Below, piece by piece: positions 1 through 9,152 of a stretch of 64,000 bases of DNA (position 1 is its first letter; each line of letters opens with the position of its first letter). Origin of the DNA: Candidatus Rifleibacteriota bacterium (lineage in GTDB: Bacteria; Muiribacteriota; Ozemobacteria; Ozemobacterales; Ozemobacteraceae); the NCBI GenBank assembly GCA_049325495.1, contig JBMOKV010000435.1, positions 12,124-76,123 on the forward strand, written 5' to 3'. Under the pieces are notes generated by a model. That model searched no databases and had not been told where the DNA came from. It saw only the letters and a list, made by a program, of their open reading frames with translations. Made by a program: the position numbers and the translations under genes.

Positions 1-44
1 TGTTTTACACGCCGGCGCCGCCGAAAGCCGAGGAGCTAGGCCGG

Positions 45-1214
45 TTGATCAAGTTCAATTCTAAGCGCTATCTGCCGTTGCCGCCATGCGTTATCAAGGC
101 ACGAACCGGCAAGGGTGAAAAGCAGGTCGAGATACGGGCGCGATTGCGGGAAACCGGCTATATGCAGATTTTCTGTGAAGAGCTTGCCGGTGATTTTACT
201 CAGGAGCTGCGTTTCGATATTGCCGAAAGCGATAAGAACCAGCAAACCCGCACCGAAACAAAACGTCGGGTGCCGATCACCAGTGCGCAGCTGAAAAAAA
301 TTGAAAAAACGCTTGAAGAAACTTTTGCCGGCAAGGCTGAATTCAATTGTTTGTTTAAAAGTATCGAAGATATTCTTGGTTCACCCCGTTCAAACTGGGA
401 TGCGGAAATGCTGCGCCAGCTGTTCGACATTTTCATCGAACAGGAAAAAGAGTTTACTCACACTCAGGCCGCCCATACCGTCTGGTTCAGGCTGCTGAGT
501 TATTGTCTGCGCCCTGGGTTCGGTGCGCGTGGTGATGCGGAGAGAGTTGATCGCATCTGGCAGATGCTCGAACATGAATTTTCTTACTCCAATCCTGAGT
601 TCTGGTCGGACTGGTGGGTAATGTGGAAGCGCATTGCCCCCGGGTTATCGCTTGAGCGGCAAGATCTGCTGAAAGCCCATATTGAGCCCATTCTTTTTCC
701 GCCTAAGAAAAAAGAAAAGTCGGCCCGCGAAGTGGCTCAACATGAGCGCAACCAGATCTGGCGACTGCTGGGCAATCTTGAGCGGTTGCCGGTAGCAGAA
801 AAAGAACGGCTGGGCTGGTGGGCAGTTAGGTCCCCCCAGAGCTACGGTAACGATCAGCTGGCACTGCATGCGGTCGGGCGCTTTGGGGCCCGCGATCTGG
901 CTTATGCCCCTGATACGGCCCTGGTTCCCCAGTCGGTTGCCAATGGCTGGGCCGAGCACCTGTTGAAAAAAGCGATTCCCGGCAATTCATATCTTGACTG
1001 GGCGCTGCGCGAGATTGGCCGCAAGACCGGCGACATGCTGGTTCAGATCGATGACCAGTTGCGCAAAAGTATAATCGAGGTTTTCAAGAAAAAGCACCGA
1101 AAAAAGGGTTTTATTGATCCATTGTTGAAGGCAGCGCGCCTCGATGATAAAGACCTTGCCGAATTTGCCGGTGAAAGTCTGCCAAGTGGTTTCGTCTGGG
1201 TTAAAGATAACTAA
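45..1214 (+). CDS. hypothetical protein (may extend upstream of window; the reading frame is open back to base 3)
   Basis: Long ORF with no stop between the window edge and the first Met. No recognisable motif. Lys/Glu-rich C-terminus. Confidence 0.5.
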   Translation: MIKFNSKRYLPLPPCVIKARTGKGEKQVEIRARLRETGYMQIFCEELAGDFTQELRFDIAESDKNQQTRTETKRRVPITSAQLKKIEKTLEETFAGKAEFNCLFKSIEDILGSPRSNWDAEMLRQLFDIFIEQEKEFTHTQAAHTVWFRLLSYCLRPGFGARGDAERVDRIWQMLEHEFSYSNPEFWSDWWVMWKRIAPGLSLERQDLLKAHIEPILFPPKKKEKSAREVAQHERNQIWRLLGNLERLPVAEKERLGWWAVRSPQSYGNDQLALHAVGRFGARDLAYAPDTALVPQSVANGWAEHLLKKAIPGNSYLDWALREIGRKTGDMLVQIDDQLRKSIIEVFKKKHRKKGFIDPLLKAARLDDKDLAEFAGESLPSGFVWVKDN

Positions 1215-1246
1215 AATTAAATAAATGTTTATTTTGAGGAGTTTTT

Positions 1247-1729
1247 ATGAGCTGTAAAGCTGAATATACGCCGCAGGAATGGCGTGATCTGATAACTCTC
1301 GCTTTTTATGTAATGGGCGAAAAGGCCGGCGAAATCAAAAAATCATTTTTTTTTACCAGGATAATCGGTCTGATTAAAGAAAGCCTCGCTTTTCAGGCTT
1401 CAATGAAGAAAGCCTCTGGAAAATACCCAACGAATGGCCTGATCGGGTCTCTGGTTTCCAGCATGTCGGCCGGCCCTGGTGAAAAAAGAGATTGCGATGT
1501 TCCTGAAGAGCTTCCCCATCTTGAAGAGCTGGTTTACCGGGTGAACCAGATTCTTGACGAAAAATCCGACGAAACCGAGGCTCGTGAATACCGGGCTTTC
1601 GTCTATGAACTTGCTTACGACGTATGCAAATCAGCCGGTGCCGGCTTTCTGGGCACCGGGGAAAATATTGATGCTCACGAGGCAGAATTTCTGCAGCGCC
1701 TGAAAACCGCCCTTCTCGGTGAAGAATGA
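1247..1729 (+). CDS. hypothetical small cytoplasmic protein
   Basis: 160-aa ORF. RBS-like GAGGAG upstream. The next gene begins 14 bp after its stop, suggesting an operon. Confidence 0.5.
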   Translation: MSCKAEYTPQEWRDLITLAFYVMGEKAGEIKKSFFFTRIIGLIKESLAFQASMKKASGKYPTNGLIGSLVSSMSAGPGEKRDCDVPEELPHLEELVYRVNQILDEKSDETEAREYRAFVYELAYDVCKSAGAGFLGTGENIDAHEAEFLQRLKTALLGEE

Positions 1730-1742
1730 AGCTTAAAGCATT

Positions 1743-3842
1743 ATGAAAAGCCTGGTTATTAAACGGGTGCTGTTTCTTGTTATTGCTTTAATTCTATTCT
1801 CATCGCAGGTTTTTGCGGCAAGAATAGGTATTTACCCGGGCAGCTTTGATCCTGTTCACCTGGGTCATCTTGAAGTGGCCAGAAGTGCTCTGGTTAAGCT
1901 GAATCTCGATGCGGTTTATTTTATTCCAAATGGTACCAATCCGCGCAAACCATCGATGAGCCCGATTGAACAGCGGGCTGAATTGATAAATGCAGCTTTG
2001 CAGGATTACAAAGATTCGCGGCTTCGGTTGTTTTCTGTTGCTGAAATTGAAAAGTCTTCATCGGCCGGCTCGATAGACCTGGCCCCGGTGCGCTTGCTCG
2101 AACTTGCCCGGCAGACGTTTGCGAATGACGAGATTTTTCAGATTCTTGGCACCGATTCGGTTTTCAAGGTGGTTGAAGGCAGTGGTGTCGAAAGAATTGA
2201 TGAAAAATGGCGGCTGGCAGTATGTAATCGGCCCGGGGTTGAGTTTAAACTGAATCGGGTTTGTCGCAACCTGCAAAGTCAAGGGTTATTGCATCTTTTC
2301 GACAGTTTTTCCGATCTTGAAATTTCTTCTTCGGCGATCAGAAAAGCCTGTAAAAATGGCGACCTGGGCTTTGTGGCTTCTGTTCTTACTCCGTCGGCTT
2401 ATTCCGCTTTATTGAAACAGGGTTCACATGGGCTAGACAGTAGTTCAGCATGGCTTGAAGCTCTTTTACAATCGCCTGGTGATAAGCTGGCGGCTGATCG
2501 TTTCCCTCAGGCTGAGCCGGTGATGTTGCGGCAAAGTTACCATCTGCATACAGGTTTTACGAAGTTTCGTTTCAGTTATGTTGAGCCTTTGCCGGAAGCT
2601 CTCGCCATAGATTTTTCCAGATCTCATTCTCTCGGTGATTTGCGTACCTATGTCGAGAACAAACTGACGCCGCTGGGAATCAAAGTTTTGAGAAATCCGT
2701 CGGTTGAAGTCATAATTTTTCCAGGCAATCAGGACCAATTGTCGCACTGGCTGGCGCAGCAGGGTGTCGAATCCGGGCAGAGAATTACGCGTAATCGTTC
2801 ATTCATTACTCTTGGCATCCATCTGGTAAAGACTGCTGATTCGAGGTTTCTTGCCATTGTCGATGAGGTTTACGGTCACGATCGCATGCGCCACACTCAA
2901 GCTCTTGTCGCGGCAGCGCAGCACATTTCCGGGCGATTTCCTGCTGTCTTCAGGGTGGTTGACTCACCTGATTTCCCGACCGATGTCGCCACAATTTATT
3001 CTGAAGAACTCAAGGCAGTAGTACCCGGCACAATTGATGCGGCAATCATCGGATTTCACTGGAAGATTGTAAACGATCTCGAACGAAGGAATGCTCTTTA
3101 CAGGCTCAGCGGTAACCTTGTTGCCATAAAGGCCGGAACACTTGCACAAAAATGGCGACAATGGCGGACGAAGCTGCAACCGGCCGGTGAAAAACATTCC
3201 TGGCCGCGTCGGCATTTTGCAAATCAGAATGTCCCTTTTTCTTTTTTAGCATTTCAAGACAATAGCAATCGCCCGGTGAATGTTTTGTTGACGAGAAATG
3301 TTTATGGTGACCAGCTCAAATCCCTGCTGGAGGTCTTGATAAAAGAAAAGAAGATTAAAAAAATCATTTTATTTGGTAATGCCGGCGGGCTGGCAGCTGA
3401 TTGCGCGGTAGGTGATATTGTTGTGCCTGACGAGGTTAGAAGGTTCAACACCTCATGGGTTTCTATCAAAAATAGCCTCCTTGAAGAGAGCGCAGGTCTG
3501 GAAAAGTCTTCTTCCGGGCGTATTTATTCCGTTTTTTCGCCGCTGGTCGAAACTGATGCTTTTATTGATGATGTAAAAGCCCAGCAGGCGATCGCCATCG
3601 ACGTCGAGAACGGTTACCTGCCGGATTTTTCTGCTTCAGAAAATGTAATTCTGGGAAGTATTGCGGTCATATCAGATGTTCCTGGTTCTGCTGAGACTCT
3701 TGCGCATATTGAAGAAAACGAAAGCAAAATGGAATCATCGCTGGTTAAATGCCTCGATCTGATTATCGGCAATCTTGGTCTGATCGGCCCGAGTGAGCAC
3801 CCCTTTCCTGTAAGCGGCCAGCCTTCGCTCAATATTGAATAG
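1743..3842 (+). CDS. membrane-anchored NadD-like nucleotidyltransferase fused to a PNP/MTA-nucleosidase-like (phosphorylase superfamily) C-terminal domain
   Basis: The N-terminus has a 26-aa hydrophobic stretch, then the (H/T)xGH motif IYPGSFDPVHLGHL. NadD-like blocks follow (FIPNGTNPRKP, GSIDL...FQILGTDS, CNRPG). The C-terminal ~250 aa carry ILFGNAGGLAADCAVGDIVVPDEV and AIAIDVENGY, typical of the PNP_UDP_1 family. Confidence 0.6.
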   Translation: MKSLVIKRVLFLVIALILFSSQVFAARIGIYPGSFDPVHLGHLEVARSALVKLNLDAVYFIPNGTNPRKPSMSPIEQRAELINAALQDYKDSRLRLFSVAEIEKSSSAGSIDLAPVRLLELARQTFANDEIFQILGTDSVFKVVEGSGVERIDEKWRLAVCNRPGVEFKLNRVCRNLQSQGLLHLFDSFSDLEISSSAIRKACKNGDLGFVASVLTPSAYSALLKQGSHGLDSSSAWLEALLQSPGDKLAADRFPQAEPVMLRQSYHLHTGFTKFRFSYVEPLPEALAIDFSRSHSLGDLRTYVENKLTPLGIKVLRNPSVEVIIFPGNQDQLSHWLAQQGVESGQRITRNRSFITLGIHLVKTADSRFLAIVDEVYGHDRMRHTQALVAAAQHISGRFPAVFRVVDSPDFPTDVATIYSEELKAVVPGTIDAAIIGFHWKIVNDLERRNALYRLSGNLVAIKAGTLAQKWRQWRTKLQPAGEKHSWPRRHFANQNVPFSFLAFQDNSNRPVNVLLTRNVYGDQLKSLLEVLIKEKKIKKIILFGNAGGLAADCAVGDIVVPDEVRRFNTSWVSIKNSLLEESAGLEKSSSGRIYSVFSPLVETDAFIDDVKAQQAIAIDVENGYLPDFSASENVILGSIAVISDVPGSAETLAHIEENESKMESSLVKCLDLIIGNLGLIGPSEHPFPVSGQPSLNIE

Positions 3843-3958
3843 TTCAATTTTTGATCAAATGCTTTTGGTTCAGCAATTGGCAACAAAAAAACAATTGCCG
3901 CTTGATTAAATGATGAGTCTTTGATAAATTAGCATCTGTGCAGAAGCACAGAGTTATT

Positions 3959-4031
3959 GCGGGAGTAGCTCAGTTGGTAGAGCATCAGCTTCCCAAGCTG
4001 AGGGTCGCGGGTTCGAACCCCGTTTCCCGCT
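3959..4031 (+). tRNA. tRNA-Gly (anticodon CCC)
   Basis: A 73-nt cloverleaf can be folded by hand. Acceptor stem GCGGGAG/TTCCCGC. D-arm GCTC-AGTTGGTA-GAGC. Anticodon stem-loop TCAGC-TTCCCAA-GCTGA. T-arm GCGGG-TTCGAAC-CCCGT. Discriminator U73 as expected for Gly. No encoded CCA. Confidence 0.9.
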
Positions 4032-4040
4032 TAGAAAAAG

Positions 4041-4076
4041 AGCCCTGAAACCATTATAGTTTCAGGGCTTTTCGCT
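4041..4076 (+). terminator. rho-independent terminator after tRNA-Gly
   Basis: Hairpin AGCCCTGAAAC / GTTTCAGGGCT with an 8-nt loop, followed by TTTTCGCTTT. Confidence 0.6.
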
Positions 4077-4115
4077 TTCAGGTAAACGGAAATTCTCAAA
4101 CCGTTGAGTAGCTGT

Positions 4116-4454
4116 TCACTCATTTTTTGTGAGTCGGTATTTCTGCAGGCGGCTGTTAGGTTTGTCAGGGATTGTGTATTCGACGACGCCTGTTTTCAGC
4201 ATTTGCGCCATCAGATCGTTAAGATAACGATTTGGGCGGCATTTTCCAGGCCTGGCGGCGATTTCGCTTTTGCTAAGAGGCTGATTCTTCAGCATTGCCA
4301 GAATAATCTGAGCCATTTTTGACTCTACCCCTGACTCTACCCCCGTTGTAACTTGTGCCGGGCCGGTGATTTTTACTACGGCAGGGCGTTCTGGGTAAGT
4401 CATGGTGTCGGGGTATCTGACGATGATTTTGAAGATTCCAGCGAAAACATTCAA
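4116..4454 (-). pseudogene. remnant of a Fic/AlbA_2-associated winged-helix C-terminal domain protein (truncated)
   Basis: The C-terminal motif IPDKPNSRLQKYRLT matches the conserved tail of Fic/HATPase_c_4-type proteins. Only about 110 aa remain and the N-terminal domains are missing. The ORF lies directly next to tRNA-Gly and contains a 12-bp tandem duplication. Confidence 0.4.
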
Positions 4455-4700
4455 TTCAGGCTGATCATCGACATGCCTGATTCATTGAATTTTCATGCCG
4501 GTTTGTCTGTTGGTCTGTAATTTCTGCCATCAATGAAACTTATTGCATTTTCGTCAAAGTTGGTGCAAGGCAGACAAAAATTGACTGTGAAATTGAGATG
4601 ATGTAGAAATATTGGAAGTGTTCTATTGCCAATATTGTGAAAAAGCACTCAGATAATTTTTGAGTTGAATCCAAAAAATATTTAAATGGAAATTTAAGCT

Positions 4701-5477
4701 ATGAAATCCTGTAGTAAATGTGGGAAAACCTTTCCAGATGGCGTTAAACTCTGTCCATTTGATCGAATTCCTTTGCAAAGTGGATCAGCCTCACCCGCAT
4801 CCTCGGAAAGCACAAATAAAGCGGTTGATAAGGCTGTTGCCAGAACCAGTTCCGTAGCTGATCACAGTATTTCTGGAATTGGGCTTGAAAAAGACGGGGC
4901 TGATCGCATTCTTGTTCCCAGTAGAACCTTTATTCATTCTATTTTCGGCTCTGGAATAATAATTGGTGCAGTGATGCTTTTCATGGTTTTTGCGAGCATC
5001 ACCGGGGCAAAAGCAAAAGGTGGATCAGCAGCACCTGAAATGTCTGGAACTACAGCCATTATAATGTCTCTTCTTGGAATTGGTTTTCTAGGCGGCGGAA
5101 TCGCAATGCGCAATTTCTTCAAGCATTACACAGTGATTGATCTAAAGCGGCGCAAACTACTGCGTTTGAACAGGGTAATGGGTAAAGTAATCGAAGAAAC
5201 GCTGGCGGGTGACCTTAACAATGTTAAGGAGCTGGCTATTAGAGACCGGGTTTCTCATGTGTCGGCAGATATGGTTCTGGACATGATTACCGGTGTATTC
5301 AAAAAAGACAAAGCGACAAATCAAATGCTTGAAGGTCGTGACTTTTCTCTGGTGGCAGTGATGCGAGATGGCAAGGATATTGAAGTTACTTCCTACACTC
5401 CTGGGGAAAAGTCCTACCAGCTTGCTGACCAGCGACGCGAATATCTTGATTCTCTTCTTTTTTCCAAACCAGGCTAG
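4701..5477 (+). CDS. zinc-ribbon / two-transmembrane-helix protein of unknown function
   Basis: N-terminal CxxC...CxxD zinc-ribbon (CSKCGKTFPDGVKLCPFD). Two hydrophobic helices at about aa 80-135. A roughly 120-aa C-terminal domain. AT-rich promoter region upstream. Confidence 0.6.
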   Translation: MKSCSKCGKTFPDGVKLCPFDRIPLQSGSASPASSESTNKAVDKAVARTSSVADHSISGIGLEKDGADRILVPSRTFIHSIFGSGIIIGAVMLFMVFASITGAKAKGGSAAPEMSGTTAIIMSLLGIGFLGGGIAMRNFFKHYTVIDLKRRKLLRLNRVMGKVIEETLAGDLNNVKELAIRDRVSHVSADMVLDMITGVFKKDKATNQMLEGRDFSLVAVMRDGKDIEVTSYTPGEKSYQLADQRREYLDSLLFSKPG

Positions 5478-5530
5478 AATTAGAAAATTGCTTGCATTCT
5501 CAATTGATTTTTTAAAAACGGAAATTTCAA

Positions 5531-6418
5531 ATGTCAATAAGTTTTAACCATTCCGATTACTTGCAGGCGGCCTTCAGCAAACTTGAGCAGGAGTTTGCGG
5601 CCGTCGAAAATTCGCTGGCGCTGTTCGTTTTTGGCAGCAGTGTGAACGGCGACTTCTGGGAGCATTCAGACATCGACCTGTTTTTCGTCCTGTCCGGTGA
5701 TTCGGAAGATTTTCTCGAATGCACTATGCTCAGGCATGAACGGTTCAACGTGCATGTCCAGTATTTCACCCGCGCTTCTTTTTTGAAGAAAATCGATGGT
5801 CTGATTGGGCGCCCTTTTCATACGGCTCTGTCATCGGGTCGCTTTTTATTCTGCAAAGATCCGACTTTGGAAAAAAGAGTAGCGGATGTCTGCGCCGTTC
5901 CTGAGCCAGATCGGTCTCTGCGAAGCCTTGAAGAATATTCGGCGGCTCTATATCACCTGTATCATGCCAGAAAGAATTTGCATTTCAAACGGGATTTTGA
6001 TTCTCGGTTCTCATTTTGCCAGGCGTTGAACCATTATTGCCGCGCTCTGGTATTTAGAAACGGCAGTTTGCCGCGCCGTGATCCGGTTCAACAGGCAAAA
6101 CAAATGAAAATTTTAAACGAAGAAAAATTTCTTCAGGCCGATTTAAGCTCTGAAACTTTCGAATTTTTTCACCAGCATCTGTGCAGCCAGGCCCCGGAAT
6201 TCGCCGCCTGCCTGGTTGACCTGCTGCGCCAGAAAGGCGAACCCCGCACCGAAGAACAGCTCGAAACAGATTTTTCCCGGATCGCCCTGCACCCAGATCC
6301 GCTTATGACAGTTCTGGAAAGCCATGGTCTGGTCAGGCGCATCGAACAGACTTTCTCAATCAATAATCGCAAGATTTTCAAAGAACTGGCATGGCAGGCT
6401 GTTTTCCAGATTGAATAA
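5531..6418 (+). CDS. Pol-beta superfamily nucleotidyltransferase domain protein
   Basis: The motif FGSSVNGDFWEHSDIDLFFVL is a GS...DxD nucleotidyltransferase signature (KNTase/MNT-like). The C-terminal part is helical. The gene starts 54 bp after the upstream gene. Confidence 0.65.
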   Translation: MSISFNHSDYLQAAFSKLEQEFAAVENSLALFVFGSSVNGDFWEHSDIDLFFVLSGDSEDFLECTMLRHERFNVHVQYFTRASFLKKIDGLIGRPFHTALSSGRFLFCKDPTLEKRVADVCAVPEPDRSLRSLEEYSAALYHLYHARKNLHFKRDFDSRFSFCQALNHYCRALVFRNGSLPRRDPVQQAKQMKILNEEKFLQADLSSETFEFFHQHLCSQAPEFAACLVDLLRQKGEPRTEEQLETDFSRIALHPDPLMTVLESHGLVRRIEQTFSINNRKIFKELAWQAVFQIE

Positions 6419-6515
6419 GCAGGAAAATCCCTGCATTCGAAACCGATCAAAGCAACATTTAATTGAAAATTCAATACATTTCCTGACAAAAAATTTCATG
6501 CGCCAATTAATCTGG

Positions 6516-7388
6516 TCAGCGTGGTTTTATCGGGACATAAATGTCTACTTCTGGTACTGTTTTGAGGCAGCGTTCGTCGTATAGTTCGAAGTCTTCGGTG
6601 TTGGTGCGGATATACCTGGTCTGGCCGGGGAGCCAGGTGCCGTAGATGTATTTCCAGACTTCTTGAATTGCTTCTGGCATTGGGCCCTTTGAGGTGAAAA
6701 CGGCGTAAGTCGAGGCTGGGATGCGCCGTGCTACCATTCCGGCGGGAATTTCGGCGGTCGATGAGACTTCAGCGCCGATCATGTAGATGAAACAGCGCGA
6801 ATTTTCGTCGCCGTCAGCGCAAATGCCGTATTCTTTCCAGGGGGTAACCTTGTTGGGGATCTTCTGGCTCGTCTTTTCCTGCATGTAGCGCTGCCAGAAC
6901 ATCGGGATCTCCTTGAAATTCTGACCGTCAGGAGTTGTCGCTATCTGCTTGCCGATCACCACAAATTCAGGTTTTTCAACGATTACTGGTTCCATTTTTC
7001 CGCTCCTTAAATGAAGATTTTGCTGCAGCTGTGCCAGATCGCGGGGAGCGCGAATTTCATAACAGAGCCCGTTTTTGCGGAAGCGGGCCGGCGTCAGCCC
7101 GAAGTGCTGCTTGAAGCTGCGGGTAAACGCTTCCTGTGAGGCGAATCCATAATCAACGGCAATCTCGATGATGCGCCGCCGACTGGCTACCAGCTCGTTG
7201 GCAGCCAGTGTCATGCGTCTTTTCCGGATATACTCCTTCAGTGTGTCGCCAGTGAGCGCGGCGAAAATTCGATGAAAGTAAAAAAGCGAACACCCAGCAC
7301 TCTCGGCAACCGCAGTCAGCTCCATGTCTGACCTGATGTTGTCTTCGATAAACTGCAGCGCCTCCGCTACCCGGTCAAGATAATCCAA
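6516..7388 (-). CDS. AraC-family transcriptional regulator with C-terminal GyrI-like effector-binding domain
   Basis: N-terminal AraC HTH (FYFHRIFAALTGDTLKEYIRKRRM...IAVDYGFASQEAFTRSFKQHFGLTPARFR), then a roughly 150-aa GyrI-like domain. Confidence 0.8.
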   Translation of the reverse strand: MDYLDRVAEALQFIEDNIRSDMELTAVAESAGCSLFYFHRIFAALTGDTLKEYIRKRRMTLAANELVASRRRIIEIAVDYGFASQEAFTRSFKQHFGLTPARFRKNGLCYEIRAPRDLAQLQQNLHLRSGKMEPVIVEKPEFVVIGKQIATTPDGQNFKEIPMFWQRYMQEKTSQKIPNKVTPWKEYGICADGDENSRCFIYMIGAEVSSTAEIPAGMVARRIPASTYAVFTSKGPMPEAIQEVWKYIYGTWLPGQTRYIRTNTEDFELYDERCLKTVPEVDIYVPIKPR

Positions 7389-7550
7389 ATTCCGTTTCTC
7401 CCTGCAATCCTTGATGCTGAAACTGAATTTACACGATCAGCCTTTACCTTTTTTGATAATTTGTGCCAAATAAAACTGGAAGAAAAAAATAGCATAAAAA
7501 ATGCGATTCTTTGCAGAGACACACAAACTTGCCTGCTTTAATTCAGCGGG

Positions 7551-8936
7551 TCAATATGCCGGTTCTATTTTTGCAATGTCTTCAGGGGTTGAACAGCTGA
7601 GTTTCCAGTCATTCGCCATGCGCTGTCTTGAAAAACGCTTGTGCCCGCGTGAGTAAAAGCGGTAGCCGATATTGGCCAGAATCGTGTATTCAAGGAAAGT
7701 GCGCGAACCGGCCAGGCGCTGGAAAATGTTTGAGATGCTGTAGGCGGTTTTCCATGCGCGGTGGTGCCCTTCTTCAAGCTGCTCGATCGTCATGTGTTTC
7801 GGCTGAAAAACCACGTGTTGAGCGTCGTAAAGGGTCCAGTTCTCGGTAAGAATGCGTCCTTCCTTTTTGAGGCGGTTGAAAAATGGCGTACCGGGAAACG
7901 GTGTGCAGATCGTAAAGCGGGGCAGATCGACTTTCGCATCGAGAATGAAGTCGAGAGTGCGGTCGAAGCAGTCGGGATCGTCGTTGTCGAGGCCATGAAC
8001 AAAGCAGCCCATTACCGAAATGTTGCGCGAATGCAGTTCGTTCATCAGTCGCTTATATTTGTTAATATCGTTAAAACCCTTGCCGATATTTGCGTTACTG
8101 CTTTTGGTAAGCGTTTCAAAGCCAATCAGCAGGCCAAAACAGCCGCTGGCTTCCATGGAATCGAGCAGTTCTGGATTGTCGACGATTCGGGTGGTTGCCA
8201 GGCCGCCCCAGCGCTTTTTCAGGGGTATCATCGCCTTGTTGAGGGCAATTGCATAATCCACATTTTCCACCGGGCTTGGGTCAAGAAAGGTTACGTAGCG
8301 CCCCCCCATGTTTCTTACTTCGTTAACCACGTCTTCGATGGGCCGGCGCTCATATTTGCCTTTACAGATAATCGGAGTAACGCAGAATTCACATTGGTTC
8401 GGGCAGCCGAAAACTGCCTGGGTGCTGTTGGTCGTGATGAATTTTTTCTGGGCAAAAAAATCGCGGCGGGGGTCGGGAATCAAGGACCATTCAATTTCTT
8501 TGGGAGGGTGGTAAAACTTCTGCAGCCTGCCTTCACAAAAATCATCAAGCAGCTTTGGCCAGGTTTCATAAGCATGGCCCATTACCACCGCGTCAGCGTG
8601 CTTTGCCGCTTCTTCCGGCATCAGCGTTGCATGGGGTCCGCCCATTACCGTAGTAATGCCCTGCCGGCGAAAATATTCGCAATAGGCATAGGAACGCATC
8701 GATACCCCGGTGATGCCGGTCAGGCCTACAATGTCTGCCTTGATTTTCGTCGGGTCGATGGTTTCGACACTTTCGTCGTAGACTGTTACTTCACCGCGTA
8801 GTTCCTGGGGAATCAGGGCGGCAAGGGTAACCACGTTGAGCGGGGCATAGCGCAGAGAATATGGAAAAACGCCGGTTCCATGGCGGTACAGGCCGGTGCG
8901 GGGCGAAATCAAGGCAATATTCAGTTTCTTTTTCAT
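7551..8936 (-). CDS. B12-binding domain radical SAM protein (class B radical SAM family)
   Basis: N-terminal cobalamin-binding-like Rossmann region. A CxxxCxxC cluster (CPNQCEFC) in the radical-SAM core. Length 461 aa, typical for the family. Confidence 0.75.
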   Translation of the reverse strand: MKKKLNIALISPRTGLYRHGTGVFPYSLRYAPLNVVTLAALIPQELRGEVTVYDESVETIDPTKIKADIVGLTGITGVSMRSYAYCEYFRRQGITTVMGGPHATLMPEEAAKHADAVVMGHAYETWPKLLDDFCEGRLQKFYHPPKEIEWSLIPDPRRDFFAQKKFITTNSTQAVFGCPNQCEFCVTPIICKGKYERRPIEDVVNEVRNMGGRYVTFLDPSPVENVDYAIALNKAMIPLKKRWGGLATTRIVDNPELLDSMEASGCFGLLIGFETLTKSSNANIGKGFNDINKYKRLMNELHSRNISVMGCFVHGLDNDDPDCFDRTLDFILDAKVDLPRFTICTPFPGTPFFNRLKKEGRILTENWTLYDAQHVVFQPKHMTIEQLEEGHHRAWKTAYSISNIFQRLAGSRTFLEYTILANIGYRFYSRGHKRFSRQRMANDWKLSCSTPEDIAKIEPAY

Positions 8937-9152
8937 TTCTTTTCAGGTCAAACAACGAACCCGATGAGATTGCCTAGCATCCGCCGTTTGCGCTCGAATT
9001 CAAATCAGTGCACCTTGCTCTGGTGCAACTGGAAGATAACCAGCAGGCTACCTTACTGATATTCCGAAGAATACTATAGTGCTGCAATCTAAGTCAAGAA
9101 CGAGGGGGCGACCAGAATATCAATCTATCAGTTTGCTGATTGACGCAATCAG

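Noticed and set aside
3959-7500. Intact integrative element at tRNA-Gly
   Set aside because: No integrase, excisionase, transposase or recognisable att direct repeat was seen. Only a truncated gene remnant and two accessory genes, so it was reported as a decayed site instead.
7761-8801. 346-aa plus-strand ORF
   Set aside because: It lies entirely antisense to the well-supported radical SAM gene (CxxxCxxC, B12 domain). It has no motif and is His/Arg/Phe-rich, as expected for antisense translation of a coding region.
8937-9152. Possible cobalamin riboswitch in the leader of the B12-radical-SAM gene
   Set aside because: I could not find the conserved B12-box (GCCACTG on the coding strand) or the typical paired regions. 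Only a weak imperfect inverted repeat (AGTGCACC...GGTGCAACT) is present.
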